From the human T2T-CHM13v2.0 reference genome, Homo sapiens, in NCBI RefSeq assembly GCF_009914755.1, contig NC_060927.1: DNA of 64,000 nt, one strand, 5' to 3'. Positions 20,377 to 38,430 of the stretch are shown one piece after another. Under the pieces are notes generated by a model that saw nothing but the letters and a program-made list of their open reading frames with translations, did no database searches and was not told the DNA's origin. The first letter of the stretch is position 1; the number at the start of each line of letters is the position of its first letter. Position numbers and translations under genes: made by a program.

Positions 20377-20993
20377 TGTAAATCAAAGAGTATCTGAGAC
20401 AAGTCTCAATCAATTTAGACAGTTTATTTTGCCAAGTTAAGGATGTACTTGTGACACAGACTCAGGAGGTCCTAACAACATATGCCCAAGGTACTCAGGG
20501 CACAGTTTGGTTTTATACATTTTAGGGAGACATGAGACATCAATCAATATATGTAAGATGTACATTGCTTCAGTCCAGAAAGGCAGGACAACCCAAAGTG
20601 GGAGGGGGTTTCCAGGTCATAGGTAGGTGAGAGACAAATGGTTGCATTCTTTTGAGTTTCTGATTAGCCTTTCACTGAATATGCAATTTGCAGGAATAGT
20701 CACTTATGCTTTAGTCTGGCTTAGTGAAACAACAGAGCAAAGGAAACAACCATATATACATTTGTTCCATGTGAGCAGAGGGATGACTGAGTTCTGCCTG
20801 TCCTTTGTCCACAAAAACTTCCTTGTGGGCAAATTATGAGAGAGATTTGTGGCTTTTTTTTTTTTTTTTAAATTTTTGTAGCTATCTTATTTAGGAATAG
20901 GATGGGAAACACATTTGTCCTACATGGTTCCCAGCTTGACTTTTCCCTTTGGCTTAGTGATTTTGAGGTCCTGAGATTTATTTTCCTCTCACA
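20377..20993 (-). mobile_element. MER4-family (ERV1) solo LTR
   Basis: TG...CA termini; 4-bp TSD GTAT (20373-20376 and 20994-20997); MER4 motifs gtctcaatcaatttag and ttttagggagacatgagacatcaatc. Confidence 0.85.
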
Positions 20994-21176
20994 GTATAGA
21001 TATATAGATATTTAGAGTTTCTTTAGTTTTTATTTTTAAATAATTTCAAACTTGTAGAGAAGTCGGAAGAATCATACAAAGAACTCTCATGTACACCTTA
21101 CCTAGATTCACCAATTTGTAACATTGATTGTGCCACATTTACTTTATTGCTCTCTCCATATGTGCTGTGGGTATAA

Positions 21177-21800
<624 letters not shown>

Positions 21801-22220
21801 CTGTATAATTATTTTTATTTCAGAACTATTTGGAAGTATGTTGCACATGCATTATTACTCTTTACCCCATTATACTTCAGTTTATTTCCTAAGAACAATA
21901 ATATTATCTAAATATCCATAGTAATTAAATTCAGGAAACTTAATATACTAGATACAATGCTTGTATTCAATCTGTAGTTCATATTCTCTTTTTGTTAATT
22001 GTCACAATAATGTTCTTTCTAGCACCTTTTTTTTTCCTGGTACAGGTTCCAGTTCAGAATCATGCTTCCTATTTATTTGTCATCTTCCTTTAGAATTCTT
22101 TAATCTGGAACAATCCTTTGGCCTTCTTTGTCTTTTTATGCCAATGATATTTTTTAAGAATATAGGCTAATTACTTTGTCAACATTCCTCAATTTGGGTT
22201 TCTATTATGTGTCTTCACAG

Positions 22221-22288
22221 TTACATTCAGGTTGTGTATTTTTGGCTGGACCGCTATATAAATGTCCTCCTCAGGATATCACGTCAAG
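22221..22288 (+). other. Latent pseudo-exon in CRTAP intron 3
   Basis: Acceptors tcttcacag| (22220) and cattcag| (22230); inactive donor AAG|atatgt at 22289. Confidence 0.65.
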
Positions 22289-23221
22289 ATATGTATGATG
22301 TTTGTTTGCACCCTTATTGTTGATGTTAATTTTTTGTTGTTGGTGGTAGTAAGTATGTAAGGCTTTTTTGTTGGTGATGGTAGTAAGTATGGAGGCGTGT
22401 TTTCAGAGTCAACCAAAGTGGAAATAATAGTTCAAAGAGTAAATGTTTCTGTAAATTAATTTTAGTGTTTTAAGGTATCATTTTGTACTTCCTACCAGCA
22501 ATGTTTGAAAGTGCCTGTTCCTCCACAGTCTTATGAAATGTGTGCAACCCTTCTGGAGTCTTTTGCTTCTAGCTGCATAAAGGGAGAAAAGGGAGGGAGC
22601 CAAGGATCATGTGGGAGATTTTAGGGATTAGGCCTGGAAGTAGCATTCCTTAATTGTTACTCTCAACATGTCATTGGCCACGACTAGTCATATGGCCCCA
22701 ACCTAGCTGCATGGGAATTGTAGTCTTTGACTATATTTAGGTTCACCTTACTCTCTTTCAAAGGCTGTGTAGATTCTGTTATTTTTATATACTGTAATTT
22801 ATTAATCCTCATCCTATTGATTGGCATTTAGGTACTTACAAGTTTGTTTGTTTGTTGTTATAAACAGTGTTTATGTATGCCTGTGTCTAAAGAAAATTTC
22901 CTAGAAGTAGACAGCTGGGTTGGAAAATATGTGTATTTTAACCTTTGATAAATTTTGCCAAATTGTTCTCCAAAAAGTTTGTTCCTGTTTTGCTTCCATC
23001 AACAGAATATGAGAGTGTAAGTTTCACTGTTCTCTTCTTAATACTACAGTATGAATTTGTAAAACTTTTGCAATTTGGTAGTTTAAATTATTTTGGGGGT
23101 AATTGTATTTCCTAATTACAAAAGAGGTGTAGTGTCTCTCAATGTTTTTTAGACATTTTAATAATTTCTATTAATATCATTTGGCCATTTATATAGTGGA
23201 TGTTCATCTTTTTCATATTGA

Positions 23222-23589
<368 letters not shown>

Positions 23590-23691
23590 TGTAAATATTT
23601 TTCTTTTAACTTTTTCATTTGGGCAGGAGGCAGTAGCATATTAAGAAAGTAATGGATCCACTGCTCTGAAAATTTATATGTTTTGTTTCAG

Positions 23692-23820
23692 ATCATTATG
23701 TAGAAGTTCTGGAATGCAAAATACAGTGTGAAGAGAACCTCACCCCAGTTATAGGAGGCTATCCGGTTGAGAAATTTGTGGCTACCATGTATCATTACTT
23801 GCAGTTTGCCTATTATAAGT
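23692..23820 (+). CDS. CRTAP: CRTAP exon 4 (129 nt)
   Basis: Acceptor ttttgtttcag|AT; [43 protein letters not shown]; donor AGT|gtaagt; phase 1-1. Confidence 0.97.
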
Positions 23821-23959
23821 GTAAGTAATCTTCTGTGACATCTTGGGTGAGGCACTTAGTCCTTCTAAGACTGTAAAATAGAGGTAATAACTCTTAGCTA
23901 CGGTTGTTGAGAGTTCATCGAGGTCCACTGACAACCCTGGTGCTATGCTTTGCACAAAA

Positions 23960-24170
23960 AGGCAGCATGGCTTAGTGATTCAGGGCAGAGCCTGTAACCA
24001 CAGTGCCTGGGTTCGATTTCAGCCTTATCACTTACTAGCTTCTCTGTGCTTTAGTTTCCTCATTGTGAATAGAGATTGTAGTACTAACCTCATAGGATTG
24101 TCCTGAGGAGTAAATGAGTTAATAGATGTGAAATGTCTGGGGTATTCCCACACTGGCACATAGCAAACTG
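23960..24170 (+). mobile_element. MIR
   Basis: MIR core ctctgtgctttagtttcctcattgtgaatagagattgtagtactaacctcataggattg. Confidence 0.7.
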
Positions 24171-24244
24171 TGTGTTTGTTTTTGTTATCATTATTTCCCT
24201 TCCTCCTTATCACTAGCTTTACTTTTCAGACTGTTAGAGTTTAT

Positions 24245-24619
<375 letters not shown>

Positions 24620-26242
24620 TGAAATGGGAGTTTCTCAATCAGAACGTTCTAGTGGACAATGGGAAGCAAACGTGGGAGAGAAGGAAGTTCAGGGTTAGAC
24701 TTCAGAGCCTGCGTGTTTCGGCTTTTCCTCCTCTCCCTGTACCTGACTTTGCCAAGTGCCACTTGTTCAAGCAGTGTGTCCCTTGGCAGTTCAGTTCCAA
24801 GCACAGAAGAATTATTAGGGAAAGTGGCAGTAGGACTTCCTCTGCCCTAATGAAATGCCAGGGTCTAGTGGTGGCAGGTTTCTGGCTAGAATAGATCCCC
24901 TGGGTCGCCCCTTCACACTCAGGAGTGGCTGGTCTCAGGGTGCCTTGGGAAGAGTGAGAGAGGTGATCTTGGCTTTAGCCCTCCTTTCCCACTGTGGTAA
25001 TTGTGTTTTTTTTTTGCGGGGGGGGGTTCCTCTTTATCTCACCTCCCATCCTCTTCAGAACACGTAAGCCTTGCACCCTGAAGGTCAGAAAAAGAAAAAG
25101 AATATGTATTATATAAATATAAAAAGCCATAAGGTCTTCTAGCTCACTGAGCATGGCTTGGTTCTAAATGTATAAAGCTAGAACACTAGGAATTTAGAAG
25201 TGTTCTGGATGCATGCGGGCTCTGGCAGCTCCCTGGGCCTCTGAAATCCTCACGTGCCCTGAAAATCGCCCTGCATATCAGAAACTGGCAAAGACTTATC
25301 AACACTGGTGGACTGAGGCCTCTAGCTATGCTTGCTGCTTCCCAGGAAATCTGCTTTCGGGGATCAACAGTATGAATGAAGTGTACTTCCTGAAATGAGC
25401 TTCCTGAAAATCTGCCCCGTTTTGAATTTTTTCTAGACCACCTACCATGCTACATTGCTTGAGGGCAGGTGGTATTATTTATATTTGAAGAGTAAATGTC
25501 CCTAAGAGCTGGCTTTAAAGTAGTCATTACAGGAAACAGCCACTGGGTGGCACAATTTATTCATACCCAAGCTTTGGCTTCTCCGGCCAACCACAGCTTT
25601 AGCAAAGGTACTGTTGTGTAAATTAGAGTGGAATGTGCCAGAATACATACCAGGGGCTTGTGTCTCATCACCTCTTCCTCATCCTGCACTCCCAAGACAA
25701 ATCCCAAGCCCTGCAAAATCCCTATGCTGAAGGTACTGTCACAGGTGGGCAACACCAAGCAGAGAGGCTGGAGGTGGGAGTTCCAACCTCAGGAGGTGGC
25801 AAAACTAGGCGACTTTCCAAATCCCCTCCAACCCAGAGGCTCCACCATCCTTTGGGTTTTCCAGGTCTGGTTTAGCTGTAGGGGAGCTAACCTAGATCTG
25901 GAGACTGTGGTCCCATCCAGATGGGATCCAGACACTCTAGGACCCAGATGAGACACCTGTTTGCTGAGCACATCCTCCCTATCTCCCTCAGCCCCAGGAC
26001 AATCCAGCTTTTTCCAGCTGCTTCCAGGGACCTGAGACCAGCTCAGGTCACCAGAGCTGGAAGTGGAACATAGGCATTTCTCCATAGGCATGTGCCTAAC
26101 TAGAACTAAGTTTCAAGCCTGGCCTCCAGGCTGCCGTGGAGACCCCATCTGTGGCCTGCCCACCCAGGGCTGCCAGTCGGCCCCAGGCTCTCTGAAGAAG
26201 GACTGTGGAGAAGGGGCTTGTTCATATGGCCTTTTTGTTTAG

Positions 26243-26797
<555 letters not shown>

Positions 26798-26888
26798 GGA
26801 AATCAAGGAAAAGTCATTTTTTTCTGTAGTTTTGTGCATGTGTGTGTTTTAACATTTTACTGCTTCATTCTGATTTCTGAATCTGTAA

Positions 26889-27327
<439 letters not shown>

Positions 27328-27895
27328 TAAAGGTATATATTTACTCATATATATAGTAAATATTTGTGTATTTTTATAAAAACAAGGTCATATTTACATA
27401 GTTTTACAACTTTTTGCAACTTTCTTTGTCTTTCTGACAATTTGTCGTGAATATTTCTCCATGTCACATCCATGTATCATCTTAATTATTATCCTTTAAC
27501 AGCTCCCTGGTAGTCTCTTTTGCGGATGGACCATCATTTAATTCCCTTGATAGGCAAACTCACCACTTAGCATGTGTTGTCAGTGAACCCCATTCATTAT
27601 ATATTACTTTCAAAAGATTTTTTCTAATTGATCTTTGCTCTTGTATTTTCATTGGGATTTCTATATGCCATCTTGATTTTCATAAGTTTGTCTTCCACTG
27701 AGGGCTGGCCACTCTTTTTTAAAAATTGAGATATAATTTATATAGGATAGAATTCACCTTTTTAAAGTGTACAATTCAGTGGTTGTTAGTATATTCAGAG
27801 TTGTACAGCCATTACCACTATCTAATTTTAAACATTTTCATCACCTTAGAAAAAACCCCATATCCTGTTCCTCCCTCCTCCCAGTTCTAAGATGA

Positions 27896-28036
<141 letters not shown>

Positions 28037-29102
28037 TAGCACATGTCTGGTGGCTAAGAGAAAATATTACTCACATCTTTGCTAGAATCACTGGAAGGCT
28101 GAGTCCTCCCTGAAGTAAGAAACAGAGGGGACCTTGAGAAAGACAGTTCCTGTGGGTGTTTCAGTGACAGTCAGAATGCTGGCATGGGAAAGAGCGGCTT
28201 TCTAGGAAACCTAGGCAGGAGTGCCACATTTCCTGATAGCGAAACGGGTGTGGGGCCACACTCCAGGAATTCACAGTGGTCATTCTTCATCTTTTCACTT
28301 TATATAAAAACAGTGAATTTTTAATTGCTCAGCACTCTGAAGAGACATGGATACTCACACCCCAATTTTTCTGCTAGACTATTGCTATTATTATTTTTTC
28401 TAAATTGCATCTTTACTGTAAGCATTTTGTCATTCTCTAGAATTGCTTGAAATTCCTGATTCCACCTTACTCAGCTGACCCCTTTTCTGACCCTGACTCA
28501 ACTGGTTATGGAGTGGTCATTTTGTGATGAGTCTGGTCACAGAAAAGCCATCATTAGCGGTAGTATTTAGAGTATTTGTTTGGAACAAACTGGAAAATGC
28601 TTACTGAGAAAGCTGGGGACTTGTCAGCTATTGGAGCTCGAAGAGAGCTGTGAGCTTGCTCTGGTCTGATCCTTCGCTTTATAGATGAGGAGCATGGGGC
28701 CAGCAAGTTTCCTGAGCCTCCAGGTCTGCTCTTCCTATACCCGTTTTAGGTGAAGTACCTCTGAATAAGACATCTTCGTGGAATTTGTTTTCTGTCTATA
28801 AATATGTATGGGATGAACTCATCACTGGCATTAAACAACTGAGTCTCAGTTCTTTATCTATAAAATGGGAATAATAATACTGCCCTCCCAGGGTTGTGAG
28901 AATAAAATACTGTGTTGCATGTGGAAATGCTTTCTAAACTGGAAAGTGATGCAATGCCTATGTCTTGGTTTGGGTATCCTTGAAGCAGAGCCTGAGACAG
29001 GATCCCAAGATGCCACAGGGGCCATTCCCCCATTCCCTAAAGGAAGGAACACCAGCCAGATACCAACAAGATTGGCCACTGTGGTTTGCAAAGTATAGCA
29101 GA

Positions 29103-29378
29103 GGCTGGGTGTAGTGGCTCACACCTGTGATCTCAGCATTTGGGAGGCCAAAGCAGGTGATTGCTTGAGACCAGGAGTTCAAGACCAGCCTGGGCAACAT
29201 GGTAAAACCTCGTCTCTACAAAAAATACAAAAAAATTAGCTGGGTATGGTGGAGTGCACCTGTAGTCCTAGCTACTTGGAAGGCTGAAGGAGTCTGGGGA
29301 GTTTGAGGCTGATATTGCGCCATTGCACTCCAGACTCGGCAATTGGAGTAAGACCCTGCCTCAAAAAAAAAAAAAAGG
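29103..29378 (+). mobile_element. Alu (J-like)
   Basis: TSD-like aaagtatag. Confidence 0.85.
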
Positions 29379-29609
29379 AAAGTATAGAAAAATATATTTA
29401 GAAAAGGTAAGAGAAGTTGAGTTCCCAGTTATCTAGAGGCAAGCTAATATGGATATTTTGGTATATATCTTTCCATTTTTTTATTATTAAAGAAAAAATT
29501 TTATAGTTTTAAATTTGTTTTTCTACATATTTATTATAAACTCAGCTATAATTATGTCTCATGACTTTTTCACTTTATATTATTATGTGAGCAGTTTCTC
29601 TTGTTATAT

Positions 29610-33640
<4,031 letters not shown>

Positions 33641-34479
33641 ATGACTTTTTTGTGACTAATATTACATGATATAGATAATTTTAAGAAATATAGCCTTTTT
33701 GTAGGCATTTAGTTTGCTTCCAACTTTTTGCTTTTACAAATAGCATAGCAGGGACTAAATTGTTTACTTCTTCTCTAATCATTTCCTTAGAAAAAATTCC
33801 CAGTGGTGAAATTCCTGGCCTAAGGCTGTGAACATTTTCAAGACTTCTGATGTACAAGAACAACATATATAGAAAGCAAATCATAGATACTAGAACACGA
33901 AGAGATTTTTCACATGATTCAGTAAAGCTCTCTCATGTCACAGATAAGGAAACAAACTCAGAAAGGCAGAGTGGCTTGCTCATAGTCACACAGAGGGTTA
34001 GTAATCATCTAATGAACACGCCAAGCTTATTGCAGGCTTTAAAATTCCTAGGATTCTTGGATTTGGCACTTTCAAGATAAAAGGACTTTGTTGAAGGTTC
34101 TGGAGTAGTTTGCTTATTAATTGAGGCTTTAGAATTGTGGAAGAACTAATCCATCTCTAAAGAATGAACCATTTTCTTACTATATACCAAATTATGGCAA
34201 GTAATACTTTGAAATGAAAATATAACCAAAATCATCAAATTCTTAGTTAGTCCTTCCATTTTCCAAAGGACATAATACTCCTTTGAAACAAAGCATCAGT
34301 ACACTTTAGCTGCTGCTATGTGTGGCATTCTTCCTTATTATCTTTCTGGTGTTGAAATGTGTATAAGCACTCCTGAAAGTTTACGCACTGGTTCAGAATT
34401 TTGCAGAGGTTTATTACAGTTTCAGAAACTTTTTAAAACAGGCTGAAACAGATGCTTCAGGTTTCAAGTTCTGATGGTT

Positions 34480-34907
34480 GTTTGCTTCAGGGAAGTCCAA
34501 AAGAAATAGAATATAATTTGTTGGAAGGATGTATTGAGGGAGTGCTCTCAGGTAGGAACGGAATGAGGGTCAGGGGAAGGAGCTCAACAAATACGTGGTC
34601 TCAGCTGGAGTCAAGCTTCGCCTGCTCCCATGGGGGACTCTGGAGCATGAATTGCACCACAGAGTTGTTCTTGCCTTTTGTAGTCCCCCTTATCAGTCTG
34701 TCATTCGTTCTTCGTTGCCAGGAAGGGCTGGTGTGTAACCTCCCTGTCAAGACTGCTGTTTTTTTTGTTTTTGTTTTTGTTTTTGGCCAAAGGCAATTGC
34801 CCAGAGAAGGGGCAGCTGCTAGCCATTAGCAAGCAGCCCTCACAGGAGTTGGGGATGAGTGCACTGGGAAGGAGATCTGAGTGAGGCCCCAACAGTATTC
34901 ACTACAA
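34480..34907 (-). mobile_element. LTR33-like ERVL LTR
   Basis: ctctggagcatgaattgcaccacagagttg...ggggatgagtgcactgg; similar to 42105-42530. Confidence 0.55.
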
Positions 34908-36149
34908 CAGCCATGCAGGGGATGCATTTCTTTCGTCTGTGCTGCCTCGGGCACTTATTACTAGTGAGCTAAAAGCAAACAATACCATCATCCCGCAAGT
35001 CACAACAGACACACAGCAGGATATAGTAACTCCCTAAGCAGAAGTCATAGCTATACACATAATCCCTCTACTATGCTGTGTTTTCCTTTTGGGGTCTAGA
35101 AAGCAACTGAAAAACAATTTTTCCAAGCTGTAGTGTCTACAGTTTGAGTTTCTAATCTCAGGCATGACATAGTAGAAGTATTTGATGATAATACTAAGAC
35201 CCCCCATTTGTGTCTCATGTACTTGATAGGTTTTCCAGTTATTCCCAAATGCTGCAAGATTTTTATAAATTTCTCTGTGTTAAAACATCAAAAGGAGCCA
35301 ACAGGCTCTTGGCCTGGGATGGTGAGCTCAGTGAAGGAGGTCGAGTTTTAGCAGGGTTGGTGGGGCCAGTCTGTGTTGACTCTTATGGAAGGGGCCTCAG
35401 CCTTGGTCATTCACTCATTCTCTGCAGAAAAGAGAATGGGTGTCATCAGCTGGTGGTCCAGGAGGGTTATAGAAGAGAAGTCAATGTGGAGAAAGAAATT
35501 GGGAAGGGTGCTGGGCTGCTTCAAGTTGAAGTATAAGGCTGATTGCAGAAGGAGGGAGCAGGTGAGCTCCTGGTACCGACACTGGGCAAGTGGATCCCAC
35601 TATCCCTGTGTGTCTCTCCTGTAAGAGGAGTGATTGCTTCAGTCACACCAGCAGTATGTATGCAAGCACTCAATCATTCATCCTTCAACACATGTATTGA
35701 GCACCTTCTGTGTGCTGGACTCTGGGGAAGAAAAATCAACCCAGTCCCCTGGTCCTTGAGAAGTTTGGGTTCTGGTGGTCAAGGCAGAAAGGGAACAGAT
35801 AGAAAATGTTCCTGTGGGAGACCTGCACACATGAGAGGGGAGGAAGGGGAGTAGGCAGAGATGCACACAGGAGGGCCACTTAGTAGAGCTGTTCACAGGC
35901 TGGGCTGTCCGCCTCACACAGCATGTTGGCGGATCTCGCAGAGCACTTGATACCAAGTTCAAATGGAGTGGAAGCCGAGGTCCCCTCCACAGGGAGAAAT
36001 CAGGTCCTCTGGGCCCCAGACCAGCAGAAAAAACCTGTTTCAGCCAAAGCAGACAGTGGTGATGGCCTCTCGGGATACTGTTTCTGCTCATCAGTACTTT
36101 TAAAAGTCCAATAGCCCATTTAATAAAGTTGTCCTGTTGTCTCTTACAG

Positions 36150-36203
36150 GGAGAAGTTGTGGAATATGTGGATGACCTCTTGGAACTGGAGGAGACCAGC
36201 TAG
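36150..36203 (+). CDS. CRTAP: CRTAP exon 7 coding part (54 nt incl. TAG)
   Basis: Acceptor ctcttacag|GGA; GEVVEYVDDLLELEETS*. Exon sum 471+150+172+129+146+84+54 = 1206 nt = 401 aa. No KDEL at the C-terminus. Confidence 0.97.
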   Translation, partial: GEVVEYVDDLLELEETS

Positions 36204-36319
36204 CCCACAGCAACCAAAGAGACTTCCTCTTGGCGTTCAGGAAACACAGATTCTTTGTCCTTTTCCCAACAGCCCAGGCTGTTGATACCTCAGAGCCTTC
36301 TCTTTACTCTCCAAAGTGA

Positions 36320-36805
<486 letters not shown>

Positions 36806-37229
36806 TAGCTGCCTTTCTTACCATTTTGGTTTGAAGGGCAGTCTTCTCTGGCTTGTTTTTTTGTTTTTCCCAGAAAATCAGTATTATTTTTTAAATAAGA
36901 AAAACATTCCTAGAAGATGATAATTGTGAAAACCTCCTTTGGCTTATTTGCTTTTCCAGATTTTAGTCTCCTTTCTCCCCATCCGGGAAAGATGGTGGAA
37001 GACATAGGCTAAATTTCTCCAGCCTCACAATGGTCTTCACTTGGTCTGACTTGTACCAATTCTAGCACCCACTGAAAAACAAGTTGAGTAGAGAGTGTAG
37101 AGTGCAGAAATGTGGCTTTTGCCCCACTTTGCATCTCCAAAATTACAACGGTTGGCCGATCCCATTTGAGGACAATGCTTAGTTATAAGTCTCCGAGTTG
37201 GAAAAGGAAGAAAGCCAGAGCTGTCTAGT

Positions 37230-38070
37230 TTCATTCATTCTTTCAGTAAATATTTATTGAGTACCTACTGTGTGCTAGGCATTGACCTGGGAACTAGAGA
37301 TACTTCACAGAATAACAGGGAAAGTTCCCTGTGCTCATGGAGCTTACATTCTACAGGGAGAAAGAGATAGCCAATACATAGGAATAAATATATACAAGGT
37401 ATCATGTAGTGATAATTGCTGTGGAGAAAAATAAAGCAGGGGAGGGAGTAAGAAATCCTGGAGATGAGGCTGCAGTTTTAAATGGGGCCTCACTGGGAAT
37501 GTGACGTTGAGCAGAGACGTTAGGGAAGTGGATCCTGGACAAGGCATTCCAGGCAGAGGAACAGGATGTGCACTGCCCCAAAGTGAGAACTTGCTCTACG
37601 TGGTCAGGAAAGAGCAGGGAGACCAAGCAGAGTCGTGGGCAGGGGTAGAATGGAAGGAGAGGCGGCTGGGGAGGACAGGTGGTGGAGGGCCTTGGCTTCT
37701 GCTAAGTGAGATGGGAACCACTGGAGGGTTTGAACAGAGGAGTGCCTTGATTGATTTATATTTTGCAAGGGTCATTCTAGCTGCAATATTGTGAAAAACT
37801 TTAGTGGACAAGGGCAGAAGGAAGAGGGAAGACCTGTTAGGAAGCTACTGCAAGGTTCCAGGCTTGGGCCTGGGCCACAGCAACAGCAGTGGTCAAATAT
37901 CTAGATTTATTTTGAAAAGAGCCAATAGGATTTGCTGAGAGTTTGAATGTGGAGTGTAAGAGAAGGAAGAGTTAATGATGACATTAAGGTTTTTGGCCTG
38001 AATAGCAGGAAAGATGGAGTTACCAGTTACTGAAATAGGGAAGGATGGGCTGGGTAAGTAAGGAATTTGG
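37230..38070 (-). mobile_element. L2 fragment in CRTAP 3'UTR
   Basis: ttcattcattctttcagtaaatatttattgagtacctactgtgtgctaggca, the L2 3' end in reverse. Confidence 0.8.
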
Positions 38071-38414
38071 TGCAAAGCAGGCTGTCTGTGGTTGGAATGG
38101 GAGGTTCTGGCTGCAAATCAAAGTGGAGAGTTCTCTCAGGTCAGGTCTGCAGCAGAGCTCGAGACAGGGATCTGAATGCACTTGGTTTATTGTTGGGGGT
38201 GCTCTCAGAAGGAACCTGTGAAAGCCTTTATCAGTCATTTATTGGCTGTGAGAAGTTCTCTGGGAGTGTGGGTACATTTGAAGGCAAGTGACTTCAGTTG
38301 AGGGCAAGTCTCTGGAAAAGAGGCTGTAGGCATCTGGCAGCTACCATGCATGGTAGTGTGTTGGGGGTGGGGGTCCTGGGCACTGGCTGTGTGAAGGGAT
38401 CTGGCAGGGCACCA

Positions 38415-38430
38415 CAGCGCCCCCTACTGA
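38415..38430 (-). promoter_or_regulatory. CTCF-type motif
   Basis: - strand TCAGTAGGGGGCGCTG, close to the core consensus CCASYAGRKGGCRS. Confidence 0.6.
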
